59,683 nucleotides of DNA from IMG/VR virus record IMGVR_UViG_2509276001_000001, one strand, 5' to 3'. Both the position numbers and the translations under genes were made by a program. Shown one piece after another: positions 16,724 to 28,294 of this stretch. The notes beneath the pieces are model-generated. The model did no database searches. It saw only the letters and a program-made list of their open reading frames with translations, and had not been told where the DNA came from. The stretch is from an uncultured virus (IMG/VR IMGVR_UViG_2509276001_000001) (taxonomy: Duplodnaviria; Heunggongvirae; Uroviricota; Caudoviricetes). Within the stretch, counting starts at the first letter, position 1. Every line of letters starts with the position of its first letter.

Positions 16724-17296
16724 GTGAAACGAATCCTTGGTTGCTTACTGATCCTCACCACGATTCCTGGATTGCTGTTCGCTGACAATTGGGATGCCAA
16801 CGACGACACTTTCGATCCCACGATTCATTCGGTTGTGATCGAAGATACGTCCTGGCTCGGTGATCCCTCGCCTTTCGTTCATGCCGAGCTGTCGCGAACC
16901 GGCTACACCCACGTGAATCCGACCAACTACGCAGGGTTCCCGCCTTCCCTACAAATCTCCCTGATGGTTCCCTTGAAGCCGGGCGAAACAACACCATCGG
17001 CTGGCGGAATGCTGATGTTCGACAAGACTCAGACAGAAGAACTCATCAAGGCTCTTGAGGCGGGATTGAAGTCAGCACCCAAAGACGACTTAAAGCGAAT
17101 TCAATTGAGAACGGCATTTAAGGACGCTGACTGGTCACTGGCATTCGCTACCGACAATGAGCAGCAGTTTGTTGAGTTGAGGAACAAGACGAAGGAGAAA
17201 GTGGACACGTATCGTTTCTCGATCAACGCATCCAAAAAACTGCTCGGCGCGGTACGGCACACGCTCACGAAGGTCGAGGCACCAAAGAAGCAATAG
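16724..17296 (+). CDS. Secreted hypothetical protein
   Basis: Signal-peptide-like MKRILGCLLILTTIPGLLFA. Confidence 0.65.
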   Translation: MKRILGCLLILTTIPGLLFADNWDANDDTFDPTIHSVVIEDTSWLGDPSPFVHAELSRTGYTHVNPTNYAGFPPSLQISLMVPLKPGETTPSAGGMLMFDKTQTEELIKALEAGLKSAPKDDLKRIQLRTAFKDADWSLAFATDNEQQFVELRNKTKEKVDTYRFSINASKKLLGAVRHTLTKVEAPKKQ

Positions 17297-17318
17297 GGCA
17301 ACATTGAATCCGTGCTGC

Positions 17319-18545
17319 TCACCCAAACTTCCGGAGATCAGGATTGACGTGTTCGATCGCTGACTGGATTTCATCTTGAGTTGGCGTGATTCCGAGGAAC
17401 TCGATCAGATTTCCAATCACTTCTTCGGGATAGGTCACCAACTCGGCGAACTCGATCCGTAACACCGGCACGTCCGGATGCTCGGCGATGAAGTTGTCTC
17501 GGTGGTCGCGCAGACTTCGTTGCAGAAGCTCGCACTCCTCATCGTTCGCTGCGAACCATTGGCCCCGATGTTTCTCGCTGCGATTCTGCAGCGACCGAAT
17601 CGACGCTTCGATGTCGCGTTCGACCGAGATGATTCGCAGTGAATCGCCCAGTCCTGCGTGAAGATGGTTCACGAACCGACACAGATGCGGATACTTCGCC
17701 CCGGCGACTGTCTTGTCGCGGTTGGCTTCCGATTTGCGACCGACGACCCACGACTTGAGCATTTGAGTCAGTTGGTCGTCGCTGACATTCGGATCGCTAA
17801 GCGGGAAACGCATCACCTTTTCGCAAAGCTGTGCCAGTCCGATCGCTTCTCCGCCTCCCGTCGCTTCGTAGCCGCCGAGTTGGTTTCCCATGTGGACGCC
17901 CAGGTGATGCATGACCATCGCGACGCACGACGTTCCGGCGCGGTGGGGGCCGAGCACGGCGAAAAACGGTGCGTCCGAATGATCTGCGTTTCTGGCGTCA
18001 TTGAAGAATCGCGTTTGACTCCATTTGCGACCGCAGATGTTCGACTTGGTTGGCAATTGCCCGACGAGCCACCGATCCGGTGTGTAAACCCCGATGGATT
18101 CCTTTTGAATGTTCTTCCCCTGGACCAGAGCTTGGTAGCGTCGTTGGACCAATCGACCGAGGTGATGGTCGATGTGATGCTTGGAATGCCAATCGTTCCA
18201 AGTCAAATGACGATAGAGCGTCTTCATCGCATCACGACCGCGCACCATAAACGCGTGCGTGCGATTCACGTTGTACGGTCGATAGACATGTTCGCTAACC
18301 TTGTGCGGCGGGTTCTTGCCGGCGTAGAGGTGTTGGCCGCCGAGATACGCCATTCCCCAGTCGGCCGGCAGTTCCGCGATGAACTGTTGCAGCCGCTCGC
18401 AAAAGTCGTCCCCGAATCCTGCGTCATCTTCAAAGACGACATACGAGTCGATGTGTTCGAGCAGACACTTTTCGAGAATCAGTAAGTGAGATCGGTAACA
18501 CCCCCACGCACCATTGCCTGCTCGCCACTGCGGTGGCGTGGCGAC
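17319..18545 (-). pseudogene. GT25-like glycosyltransferase fused to a sulfotransferase-like domain, 5'-truncated
   Basis: Frame is open to 18545 with GAWGCYRSH and VFEDD, but has no start or N-terminus; VLGPHRAGTS PAPS-loop motif. Confidence 0.75.
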
Positions 18546-18619
18546 TCATTGGTGAGTTCAAACTGCCAATTAGTCGCTACAATTAAAAAGAAAACTAGGC
18601 CAAAGGCCGCCTAAAACAC

Positions 18620-21600
18620 ATGACTAAATCCATTTACAAGGACGACCCGACTGCCACCTACCGTGGCTACCGACGCCAGGCGTTGTATTGCCTACACCGC
18701 CTCTTCGAGGATACGCTTCCTGAAGATTTTATACTTCAACCTGAGGGTATCGAGGACCTCGCAATTCTCGATCGCGACAAAAAGTTGATCGAGATCGTTC
18801 AGGTCAAGGACCATTCGGACAACCTGACGATCTCGAAATTAGAGAAGTTCTTTCGCCGTGTTTCACCGTATTGCAAGCCTGGGTCCGGAGTGGTCGTAAG
18901 AATCGTCTCGTTTGGTCCAGTCGGCCCAGATGTCTCAGCAGCCTTTGACAACAATAAAGAAACACCCAATCGAGTCATCGAAACGCTTACGAAAGACCGA
19001 GTTGTTGAGGATCGGAAAGGTCAGACATCTTCTATAAGATGGGTCTCAAAGAAAGCCGCGAACGAGATTCTTTCGCACATGAGTGTTCCCACCGTAGTTG
19101 ACGAACCTAGACTCTCGAAGTCGCTGTCGCAGCTGCTTGGAAAAACAATCACAGCGGGTAGTCCAGAAACCGCTTTTGAAAACTTGATGTATTGGCTCAT
19201 TCGAGCCGCGGAGAAGCAGCAGCAGCTAACTCGCGCAAAAGTTGTTAAAAAGATCAATCAAATTGGTGAGTTTACGTCGCAGATTGCTGCGTTCAACTAT
19301 GAATGGAACGTGTCAATCAAGCCTGTTGCCCCAAAGTATGAAGGAAATGTCGAAAGGCTAGGCCAGGAGTTCTTTGAAGCCGGTCGCGTGCAGATCGAAC
19401 ACATTGCGCAAAACCTTGACGTTCCTCGGAACGCACTGCTTAAGGAAATACGGACAGCATTTAACCGTGAAAACGTCGTTGTCGTCCGCGCTGCGTCTGG
19501 CCAGGGAAAGACGACTCTCGCTTTACGCTATCTGTTGAACTTTACGCCGGCGGATTTCCGTTTTCGACTTTTGAAGGCGACCGATGTCCAGCACGCTCGC
19601 CGGATGGCATTGGCGATTACTGGTCACGCAATTTCTGTAGACGTTCCTACGATTGTCTATATCGACGTTCATCCAGGCGACTTGCTCTGGCGAGAAGTAG
19701 TTCGCGAGCTGTCGGGAGCTAGTGGAATTCAAGTTCTCGTAACGATCCGTCAAGAAGACTGGTTTCGCTCGCGGGTGAGTTTAGATGATTTCTCATTTGT
19801 TGAAGTCGAATTACCTTTTGATGCGGACGTCGGTCGAGGAATCTACGAAAGCCTTATTGAACGCAACCCGTCGTCGCAGTTTCTCGATTTTGAGGATGCT
19901 TGGGCACGGATGGGAGACCGCCAATCTCTATTTGAGTTTGTCTACCTTTTGACTCAATCGGAAGCGTTGTCGAGTAAGATAAGCACGCAAATTTTTGCTC
20001 TGCAAGATGACGTAAACGAAGGACTACTTGGCCGAAAAGAGTTGAAGCTCTTGCGTTTAGTCAGCATTGCCTCAGCTTATGAGGCTCGCTTGCTCTTGAA
20101 CCGACTTGTCGAAAAATGCGGAATTCCTGAGCCAAAACGAACCTTGGAACGTTTTCAAAAAGAATTCCTAATCCGCACGAGCGATGACGGCAACTTTGTA
20201 GAGGGATTTCACGCGATAAGAAGTGAGATCGTCGCAGAGTCTTTGCTCGATCCGTCTTTTGACAGTTGGGAATCACACGCCGTCTCACTTCTCGATCTAC
20301 TTGATGAAGAAGATTTGGAATCGTTTCTCCTTTGTTCGTTTGCTCGTCGTGTTGACGCTCGGAACGGCATAGTGAAGGCACTCAGCGAATTCACACCTAA
20401 GACTTGGGTTGGGTTTCGTGGTGTGCTTGTCTCATTGCAATGGCTTGGACTGTGCGAATACGTAACTGAGAATGCAGAAGTTGTCGACAAGGTACGTCGC
20501 GCTTTTAGTGGCGGATGGTGGTTCATTTTAGACTGGGACCTAGCGAAAGTGCGGGGCGATCATGGTTTCGGCGTTGTCGAATCGCTTAGCAACGTCTCCA
20601 AAGAATTTGCATTCGCGGCTGAGTCAACATCGAACGTACGAAAGCAGCAGTCCGATAAAAACCGAGTGTTTATACGAATGCGTGAGTGGATTGCAAATGT
20701 CCGTGAGCGCCCGGCTCCGCCATCCACGGTTTCCGAATTCATTGCTCTCTCCGAGGTGATGTACTGGCTTGGTCACTTAGAAACTGCTGCAACAGCTACA
20801 GACTGGTCGATTGACGAGAATCTGCAGAGGGCATTTATGGCGTTGCCCATCCCTTTGTTCGCTGAATTTTGCTCCGCTGTGCGTGCGATTTCAGAGGTGG
20901 AATACGCTAGCTGGTTTGAAAAAAATCAATCACGCTTGGTCCAGGCAATCCGTCGCAAGGCTGGAGTGATTGCGACACAAGACGAGGACCAAAGTCTGAT
21001 TGCGCATTACCTCGTCGACATCGACCGCAGTGCTTCTTGTTTGGTGCAACAGGCTGATGCCGGCGCCAAAGCAAATGCGGAGATCAATCGACTGTCAGTT
21101 GAACGAGTCGAACTCTTTTCACGATGTGTACCAGGATACGACCGATACGGAACGGTTGCTTACGGCCACCGCATGTCGCTATTTGCTGGTCTTGGGGACG
21201 ATTCCGAGAAGCGAATGCCAAAGGAAAACATCGTTATGCCTTGGTTGCCCGAATTCAATTCGCTTGCACGCAGTATCGTCGAACTGCCTCAGCGTCCCAA
21301 GAACTGGGCCGAATATCTACAGCGGCTCGATAGGGTGCGTTTGAATGTTGTTGCTGCATTCGCGCAACTGAATGAAGCCGTCGGGCGAATGAAACTTGAA
21401 AGCACAATAGTGCTTCGCGACAACGACGCGTGGAACAAATGTAAGTCTGCTTTGAATGACGATTTTTTCCTTCCCCTCTGTGCAGTCGATGAATGGGGTT
21501 TTGTCTCAGAATCTCGGGCAAAAAGCCAACCCAAGGGAGGCCGTCGGTATCCTGCCGTTTCAAAATTCCAGCCGTTCAACAAGGCCGTGAACGAATACAC

Positions 21601-22854
21601 TCGAACGGTCGGGAACTTCATGAATCAAGCATTGGATTCACTGATTCTCGTCGTGAGCTTGCGGGGCGCGGACACGAGAGCAAAACGAAAAGCGGTACTC
21701 AAGAAGGCCGAAGATCTGGGCATCAAGGAGGCGTTTATACAGCTGTCTGTTTGCAATGGGATGGATGCGTGCCTAGCACTTGTAGAACTTCAACGGTGCG
21801 AAAAAAGTACTTTGAGGGTCGCTGTACCGAAATCGCCAACGCGGAGCTACGCAGCAACGAATTCGAGGCCTTCATGGAAACGATGCGCAAGTGGGGCATG
21901 TTTGCGTATCCAGAGCAGTTTCTGGACAAACGAGCGAAAACACATTCGCGCCACAAAGCACCCAAAGTTTCACTCAAAGACTGCCTGCGTTCCACGCTCA
22001 ATCGCCTTAGGTCGTCACTCGCCAAGTTGTCAACGGCGGGCATCACAGCAAGAGTCTTGACCGACGAAGTCGATTGGAACGGAGACACGGCCCTTTGGAT
22101 CGTGTTTGATACTTATCACCCATTAGCGTCACTAGCTGGACTTGAGTCGCTTTGGTTTGCAGTTTTTGACGCATTTGAACCCGATAGACAAAAGATCGTA
22201 CGAGCAAAGGCATTCGATCTATTTTGGAAACGAATCGTTCTGGTTCCCCTGGTTGCTGGGAAAAGTCTGGAGCAGCAAGCGTTTCCGAACATGAGTGGTG
22301 CGACGTACACATTCGACAGCAAGATTGAGAATCAGCTTTGGAGGTTTATCCCCGATAACATTCCGGAAACGGCCTGGAGCAGTCTTGGCTTGGAATCTTG
22401 GCCTAGAGATTCAACTCTAGACGTTTTCGATCAGTTTTCTGCGACGTATAGTGCACTGTTTCACCACGTCGATCACATTTCTGACTTCGCGCGCTGCGAC
22501 GTTGATCTAGATGAGCTTGGACAGGAAATTCTCCAACAGTATGTAACACACGAGATTCAACGGCTCCAACCAATTTTACAAGAGACCTTCGACTCAGCCG
22601 CGCGATTGCTCAATACGCTACCAGAAATCTCTGAGGCACTTCTTGCAACGAGGCCTAACATTATTCACTGCGCAAAATTGCTGATCGAAATGCGAGATGC
22701 ACTTTTACCCACGAACGACTTTCATGAACAAGCTTCCTTGAAAATTGACGATGTCGCTGAGTGGAAAGAGAGACTGCACGCGGGACTTGAGATCGTCGGG
22801 CAAGCCCGTTGCCTCTGGATAGCGGACGCCTTGCGGCTTCCTGGGTTCGACTAG
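18620..22854 (+). pseudogene. Avs/STAND-like protein: PD-(D/E)xK nuclease, P-loop NTPase and long helical C-terminus; frameshift at about 21801-21806
   Basis: GYRRQALY...EGIEDLAI...VQVKD; AASGQGKTT; IVYIDV; overlapping ORFs join if one A is added to the A6 run. Confidence 0.75.
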
Positions 22855-23070
22855 AACGCTGCAGAAATAGAACTCTGCTGAAACTGGTCGACGCACCGTT
22901 GCCATAGCATGCCCCCGGCAGATACTGCGTATCCCTCCCATGTTTCCAGTGTGGTCATTTACTAGAACCGAAAGCCATGCAAAATTGGTTGCGACTGGAT
23001 TCTGAAATCCATACATTTAAGCTCTACGATCAAGTTAGACTTATTTCAAAAATGGATTCGGGGGCGTTTT

Positions 23071-24735
23071 GTGAACAGGAAAACACGACGGAAAAAGACC
23101 GGGGAATCGCAAGACAAACTTGACCAAGTTCTTGAAGACCTCAACGATATGCAAAGTCAAGTTCTGGAACTCCAAAAGTCACGTAGAGAGGCAAGCCGTC
23201 AAATACGCGAGCAGTTAGAACGTATTGAGGAGTTGCAAACGCAACTCAATGGCGCAATTGGAAACGGCGAAGACTGTCCGCTAATTGATTTGACAAACCG
23301 AACGACCGGAATGGAGCAAAAAACAAAAGAGCTTCATGAGATGCAGGTCAGTTTAGCGGCCGTAATCGAAGCAGATCGAGCAAATTCACACGAATCATTG
23401 GACAGTGTTCAGGTCACGTTAAAGCAAGTCAACGAGGTCTTCGACGGATGCCAAGATGCTAATCGAACACAATTCAAAACGCTGAACGACAAGCGGCGCC
23501 GAGATCGGCGGAACAACAAATTGGCGTTTGGAGTTCTCGCAAGCTTCGCAGTTGCATTGTTCGGCCTAATATGGAGTTTGCTCGGCTCTGCAAATAACAC
23601 TGAGATTGATCGACTCGCAAAGATTGCGCAACGTTACGAGGAGACGGAGAAACGTCAGTCTGAGGAGCTGCTAGATTTCCAGAAAGCATCTTACGGTATC
23701 ACGTCAATAAGTGCAGTCCTGGATCAATCTTTGATCCAGCGAGTATACGACGACTTTGAAATCATGGTCGAGAGTCCGCCTTCTTCCTCTCGGCTTCAAA
23801 GCGAAGCTCGGACAATCGCCCGCGCGAAAGCCAATCACGAGATGCTGCGAAAGTTGAAAGGATCATTTCTTGATGAGAAATACGACATTGACGGCCTGCT
23901 GGCAACAAACCACGCCCTTCAGGTTTTTCACGAAACTGTTGGCCTAACTCCGCCCGGCCGTCTGTTTAGAATTGAGCAGTCGGAGCTTAACGCTGCGCTA
24001 CAGCAATTCGCACGAGTCTCTACACGAGACCTCATTTGCCTGGGAGAAATGCAGCCAAGATTTGAAGCGTTTTTTCAATATGCCGAAGGAGTAGTTCTAT
24101 TATTGAAGTCTAGAAAGACAGATGACGTCTTGCTGCAAAAAGCGATAAGTAATTTCATTAAGGTTGATCCGAAGTTCCATGATTTGCATGTGCGGGCGTG
24201 TGTCAATTTGGCGATCTGTAACAAGCAGCTGTTCAAACTAACCGCGGAGAGCGATACTACCGTCCAATCACGGCTAAGAATTGAGACGCTTAGATGGTGT
24301 AGAATAGCCGCAATGCACGCGGAGCTTGGCAATGAGAAATCGTTGGCGCTGAACACACACGCGGACGCACTTATTTTCTTCGCTGGAGTAGAAAAGGAAG
24401 AAGAGGCCAAAAAGTCGATGCTCGTGGAGGCAAGTAAGGTTCTTTCGGATGCGGAGTTGCTCACAAATTGCAATTGTGTCGTCCATTTAACGCATGCAGA
24501 ATGTCGTTCCGAGTTAGCTGGACTTGAGGGAACCGATAACTTGTCACCTAAAGACGCGAGAAGCTTAGCTGACGAAATTCTTCGTCTCGTGCGAAAATCT
24601 CGAGTGAATGGATTTGACTTTGAGGGCGTCGATTTGGACGACGTATTGGTGGACTCGCCAAGTCTAAGACAACTAGAAATACTGATACCCGACACGTGGG
24701 ATAACGAGTTGGAATTCGCACTCTTTGGAAGCTAG
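23071..24735 (+). CDS. Coiled-coil, single-TM, helical-repeat protein
   Basis: 554-aa ORF; TM LAFGVLASFAVALFGLIWSLL. Confidence 0.7.
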   Translation: MNRKTRRKKTGESQDKLDQVLEDLNDMQSQVLELQKSRREASRQIREQLERIEELQTQLNGAIGNGEDCPLIDLTNRTTGMEQKTKELHEMQVSLAAVIEADRANSHESLDSVQVTLKQVNEVFDGCQDANRTQFKTLNDKRRRDRRNNKLAFGVLASFAVALFGLIWSLLGSANNTEIDRLAKIAQRYEETEKRQSEELLDFQKASYGITSISAVLDQSLIQRVYDDFEIMVESPPSSSRLQSEARTIARAKANHEMLRKLKGSFLDEKYDIDGLLATNHALQVFHETVGLTPPGRLFRIEQSELNAALQQFARVSTRDLICLGEMQPRFEAFFQYAEGVVLLLKSRKTDDVLLQKAISNFIKVDPKFHDLHVRACVNLAICNKQLFKLTAESDTTVQSRLRIETLRWCRIAAMHAELGNEKSLALNTHADALIFFAGVEKEEEAKKSMLVEASKVLSDAELLTNCNCVVHLTHAECRSELAGLEGTDNLSPKDARSLADEILRLVRKSRVNGFDFEGVDLDDVLVDSPSLRQLEILIPDTWDNELEFALFGS

Positions 24736-24961
24736 GTTCCGCGAACGAGTCGTCATCCACGTCTTGCTGATTGGCTTTTGTTTTGCAAATCGCAAACAAC
24801 GGGTCGGCGAGCAGCAGCGGGTCGCTCGACAATCGCGGGATCAAGTCACCGTCGACCGCATCGAGCAAACGAACACCGGTGAGCGTTTTCACGCGGCGAA
24901 GCGTGGTTTTGTCGATGTCAACAATCCAAACGCGACCGTGGCGGTCAACGAACTTTTGCAT
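24736..24961 (-). pseudogene. Truncated phage tail-assembly-chaperone-like gene
   Basis: MQKFVDRHGRVW...DPLLLAD...DDDSFAE, then runs into the opposite-strand gene. Confidence 0.5.
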
Positions 24962-25088
24962 GGGACTTGCGCTGCGTCGGTTTGAGGTTTGCGCTAAACT
25001 GTGATTTATTGCTGAACGGATTGTCGTGTTTTGAGCGGCATGTTCACCGAGAACTGATTCGACGCCACTTTGTTTCAGGCCATTTGCT

Positions 25089-25286
25089 ATGACCCTTCAA
25101 GAGATTGAAAAAACGATCGCAGAGTTACCACCCAATGAATTGGCAAAGTTCCGTGAGTGGTTTCTAGACTTCGATGCCGAGCGGTTTGACAAACGCATTA
25201 AGATGGATGCCGGCGATGGACGTTTGGACTCGCTCGCTGACGCTGCGCTCCGCGATCATCAAACTGGCAAATCGACACCGCTATGA
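25089..25286 (+). CDS. Putative antitoxin; downstream toxin reduced to MKHASTID*
   Basis: EIEKTIAELP...FREWF...DGRLDSLADAAL...GKSTPL with ATGA-coupled stub. Confidence 0.6.
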   Translation: MTLQEIEKTIAELPPNELAKFREWFLDFDAERFDKRIKMDAGDGRLDSLADAALRDHQTGKSTPL

Positions 25287-25777
25287 AACACGCGAGTACG
25301 ATCGACTGATCAACGCGTAGTCATTGCCTGCGATAGATATCGCACGGTGCATCGCATCCGCTTTCCGATCAAGGTCCGCCACCACCGACATTCATGCCGC
25401 TGCCCGACGAAGACTGCGTCGGCTTCAACGTCATGACCTGCACCCAAAAAACTGATCCGCGCAAAGTGAGAAAATCGGACTAAAATCTGATCGGCATTTC
25501 CTAGGAGAAACCGCCGATGAAGAAGTCGAAATTTACGGACCAGCAGATTGCCTTCGCGTTGAAGCAGGCAGAAAGCGGAACGCCAATTGATGAGGTGTGT
25601 CGCAAGCTTGGAGTCAGCCAGCAGACGTTCTATCGCTGGAAGAAGAAGTTTGCAGGTCTGGGCACCGAAGAGCTTCGTCGGTTGAAGTCCTTGGAAGAAG
25701 AGAACAAGCGCTTAAAGTCATTGGTGGCCGACTTGAGTTTGGACAAACAGATCTTGCAGGATGTCTTGTCAAAAAAG

Positions 25778-27217
25778 AGTAATTGTCAAATGTTGTGTTC
25801 TGAGATTTAGAATTAGGCGGCAATTTCATCCTGCATGATTCCGTCTTTGAAGGAACGTCCTTCGATGACGAGGGTGATTTTCTCGTGGCAGTTAAGCCGT
25901 CTCCATTTCTTGGAAGCGGACTCTGCAAGTTTGAACATCATCGTCAAACTCGCTCGCCTCGTGCCGCTGCCTTTGGTCTTTCGATGACGAAGACGGATCG
26001 TCGCGAACGTTGACTCAATTGGGTTGGTCGTCCGCAGGTGGCTCCAGTGCTCCGCTGGAAAATCGTAAAACGTCAGCAACACGTCGCGGTCTTTCCGTAA
26101 GCATTCGCAAGCCCCGGCGTATTTCGCGCCGTACTTCTCCAAGAAGTGGTCAAACGCCTTGTTCGCATCGTCTTTCGTTTCAGCTTGCCAGATTTCGTGC
26201 AGGTCGCCTTTTGCTTTGGGCTGAACGCTCTTGGGCATCTTGTTCAAAACGTTGGCCGTCTTGTGAACCCAGCAGCGTTGTTCACGTGTCTCGGGGAACA
26301 CTTTTCGGATCGCCGCCCAGAAGCCCAACGCACCATCACCCACAGCGATCTTCGGTGCCATTTTCAAACCACGCTGCTTCAAGTCGATCAGCAACTCACT
26401 CCAGCTTTGTTCGCTTTCGCGATAACCGTCGAGCACCGCGATCAGTTCTTTGCGACCATCGGGCGTGGCTCCCATCAGTACCAGTAAACACTGTTTTTTG
26501 TTGGCATCGTCTTCCAATCGCACTTTGGCATGAATGCCGTCAGCCCAGACGTAAACGTAGTGTTTGTCGGACAGATCCCGCTTGCTCCAGTCGTCGTATT
26601 CGCCCGACCACTGCTCCTTGAGTCGGCAGACAACGTTGGCGCTCAAGCCTGCTGCACGTTCACCAACGAGCGACTGCAAGGCTTCACCGAAATCACCAGT
26701 GGAAATTCCTTTGAGGTAAAGCCATGGGATGAGTTCTTCGATAGCTTTGGTCTTTCGCAAGTAGCTTGGCAGCACACTCGGTGAGAACGCGACTCGCTTG
26801 CTGCGATCAGGATCGTTGTCGCGAACTCGCCCCTGAGTCACTGGGATGGCCCCGGCACCGGTGAGTATTTCCCGCTCGGGCAGGTTTCCGTTTTTGACGA
26901 CCAGCCGCCTGCCGTGCTCGTCAATGCGATCGGCATGCTGCTGGATGAACGCATCGACTTCGGCGTCGATCGCGGTTTGTAGCATTCGCCTGGCTCCTTC
27001 TTTGACAATTTCGTCGAGCGGACTCCGCTGATCGAAATGACTCCGAAAGGAAATCACTTCTGGATCGAGAGCCTCGTCCACTGGCACGTCGGGTCGGTCT
27101 GTTTTAGTCTTGTTCATGGCGTATTCCTTTGCCCACTTCGGGCCGTTGGAGGGTGATAGTTCCAACAGGATGCGCCACCTTTTTCATTCACTCAAGAACA
27201 CGACTTTCGACAATACC
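25778..27217 (-). mobile_element. IS256-family element
   Basis: IRs ATTGTCAAATGTTGTGTTC / GAACACGACTTTCGACAAT; flanking duplication TCAAAAAAG. Confidence 0.92.
25813..27117 (-). CDS. tnp: IS256 transposase
   Basis: YVWADG, VGDGALGFW, QRCWVH, TTNPIES. Confidence 0.95.
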   Translation of the reverse strand: MNKTKTDRPDVPVDEALDPEVISFRSHFDQRSPLDEIVKEGARRMLQTAIDAEVDAFIQQHADRIDEHGRRLVVKNGNLPEREILTGAGAIPVTQGRVRDNDPDRSKRVAFSPSVLPSYLRKTKAIEELIPWLYLKGISTGDFGEALQSLVGERAAGLSANVVCRLKEQWSGEYDDWSKRDLSDKHYVYVWADGIHAKVRLEDDANKKQCLLVLMGATPDGRKELIAVLDGYRESEQSWSELLIDLKQRGLKMAPKIAVGDGALGFWAAIRKVFPETREQRCWVHKTANVLNKMPKSVQPKAKGDLHEIWQAETKDDANKAFDHFLEKYGAKYAGACECLRKDRDVLLTFYDFPAEHWSHLRTTNPIESTFATIRLRHRKTKGSGTRRASLTMMFKLAESASKKWRRLNCHEKITLVIEGRSFKDGIMQDEIAA

Positions 27218-27700
27218 TCAAAAAAGCTCTGAGGCCTGCCCGTCTTCGTGAATGTGTCGAGGGCGCGAAGTCTTGCTACCGAATCAGCGAGCGTCGTGCT
27301 TGCGGTTTGGTTGGCTTGGCTCGCTCCAGTCATCGCTACCAATCGACGAAGGATGAGCAGGCCGCGCTAAGGATGCGATTGAAAGAACTCGCTGCGACCA
27401 GAGTTCATTACGGCTATCGACGTTTGCATATCTTGCTTCGTCGAGAAGGTTGGGATGTGAACGTCAAGCGAATTTATCGACTTTACCGCGAAGAGAACCT
27501 GGGCTTGCGAACAAAGACTCCGAAGCGAAGAGTCAGCTGTCGCACGCGTGTCGATCGCCCTGATGCCAATCACATAAACGATTGCTGGGCGATGGATTTC
27601 ATGTCAGATGAGCTCTTCGATGGCCGCCGAATCCGTCTCTTGACGATAGTCGATCACTTTACTCGCGAGAGTCTTGCGATTGAGGTGGGACAGCGGATGC

Positions 27701-28294
27701 NNNNNNNNNNNNNNNNNNNNNNNNNNNNNNNNNNNNNNNNNNNNNNNNNNNNNNNNNNNNNNNNNNNNNNNNNNNNNNNNNNNNNNNNNNNNNNNNNNNN
27801 NNNNNNNNNNNNNNNNNNNNNNNNNNNNNNNNNNNNNNNNNNNNNNNNNNNNNNNNNNNNNNNNNNNNNNNNNNNNNNNNNNNNNNNNNNNNNNNNNNNN
27901 NNNNNNNNNNNNNNNNNNNNNNNNNNNNNNNNNNNNNNNNNNNNNNNNNNNNNNNNNNNNNNNNNNNNNNNNNNNNNNNNNNNNNNNNNNNNNNNNNNNN
28001 NNNNNNNNNNNNNNNNNNNNNNNNNNNNNNNNNNNNNNNNNNNNNNNNNNNNNNNNNNNNNNNNNNNNNNNNNNNNNNNNNNNNNNNNNNNNNNNNNNNN
28101 NNNNNNNNNNNNNNNNNNNNNNNNNNNNNNNNNNNNNNNNNNNNNNNNNNNNNNNNNNNNNNNNNNNNNNNNNNNNNNNNNNNNNNNNNNNNNNNNNNNN
28201 NNNNNNNNNNNNNNNNNNNNNNNNNNNNNNNNNNNNNNNNNNNNNNNNNNNNNNNNNNNNNNNNNNNNNNNNNNNNNNNNNNNNNNNNNNNNNN
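27701..28294. other. Assembly gap with overlapping flanks
   Basis: N run; 27612-27700 is repeated at 28295-28383. Confidence 0.95.

Noticed and set aside
21798..21810. AAAAAAG as a programmed -1 frameshift in the Avs-like gene
   Set aside because: In-frame codons are GAA AAA AGT, not the A-AAA-AAG phase; a homopolymer indel is more likely.
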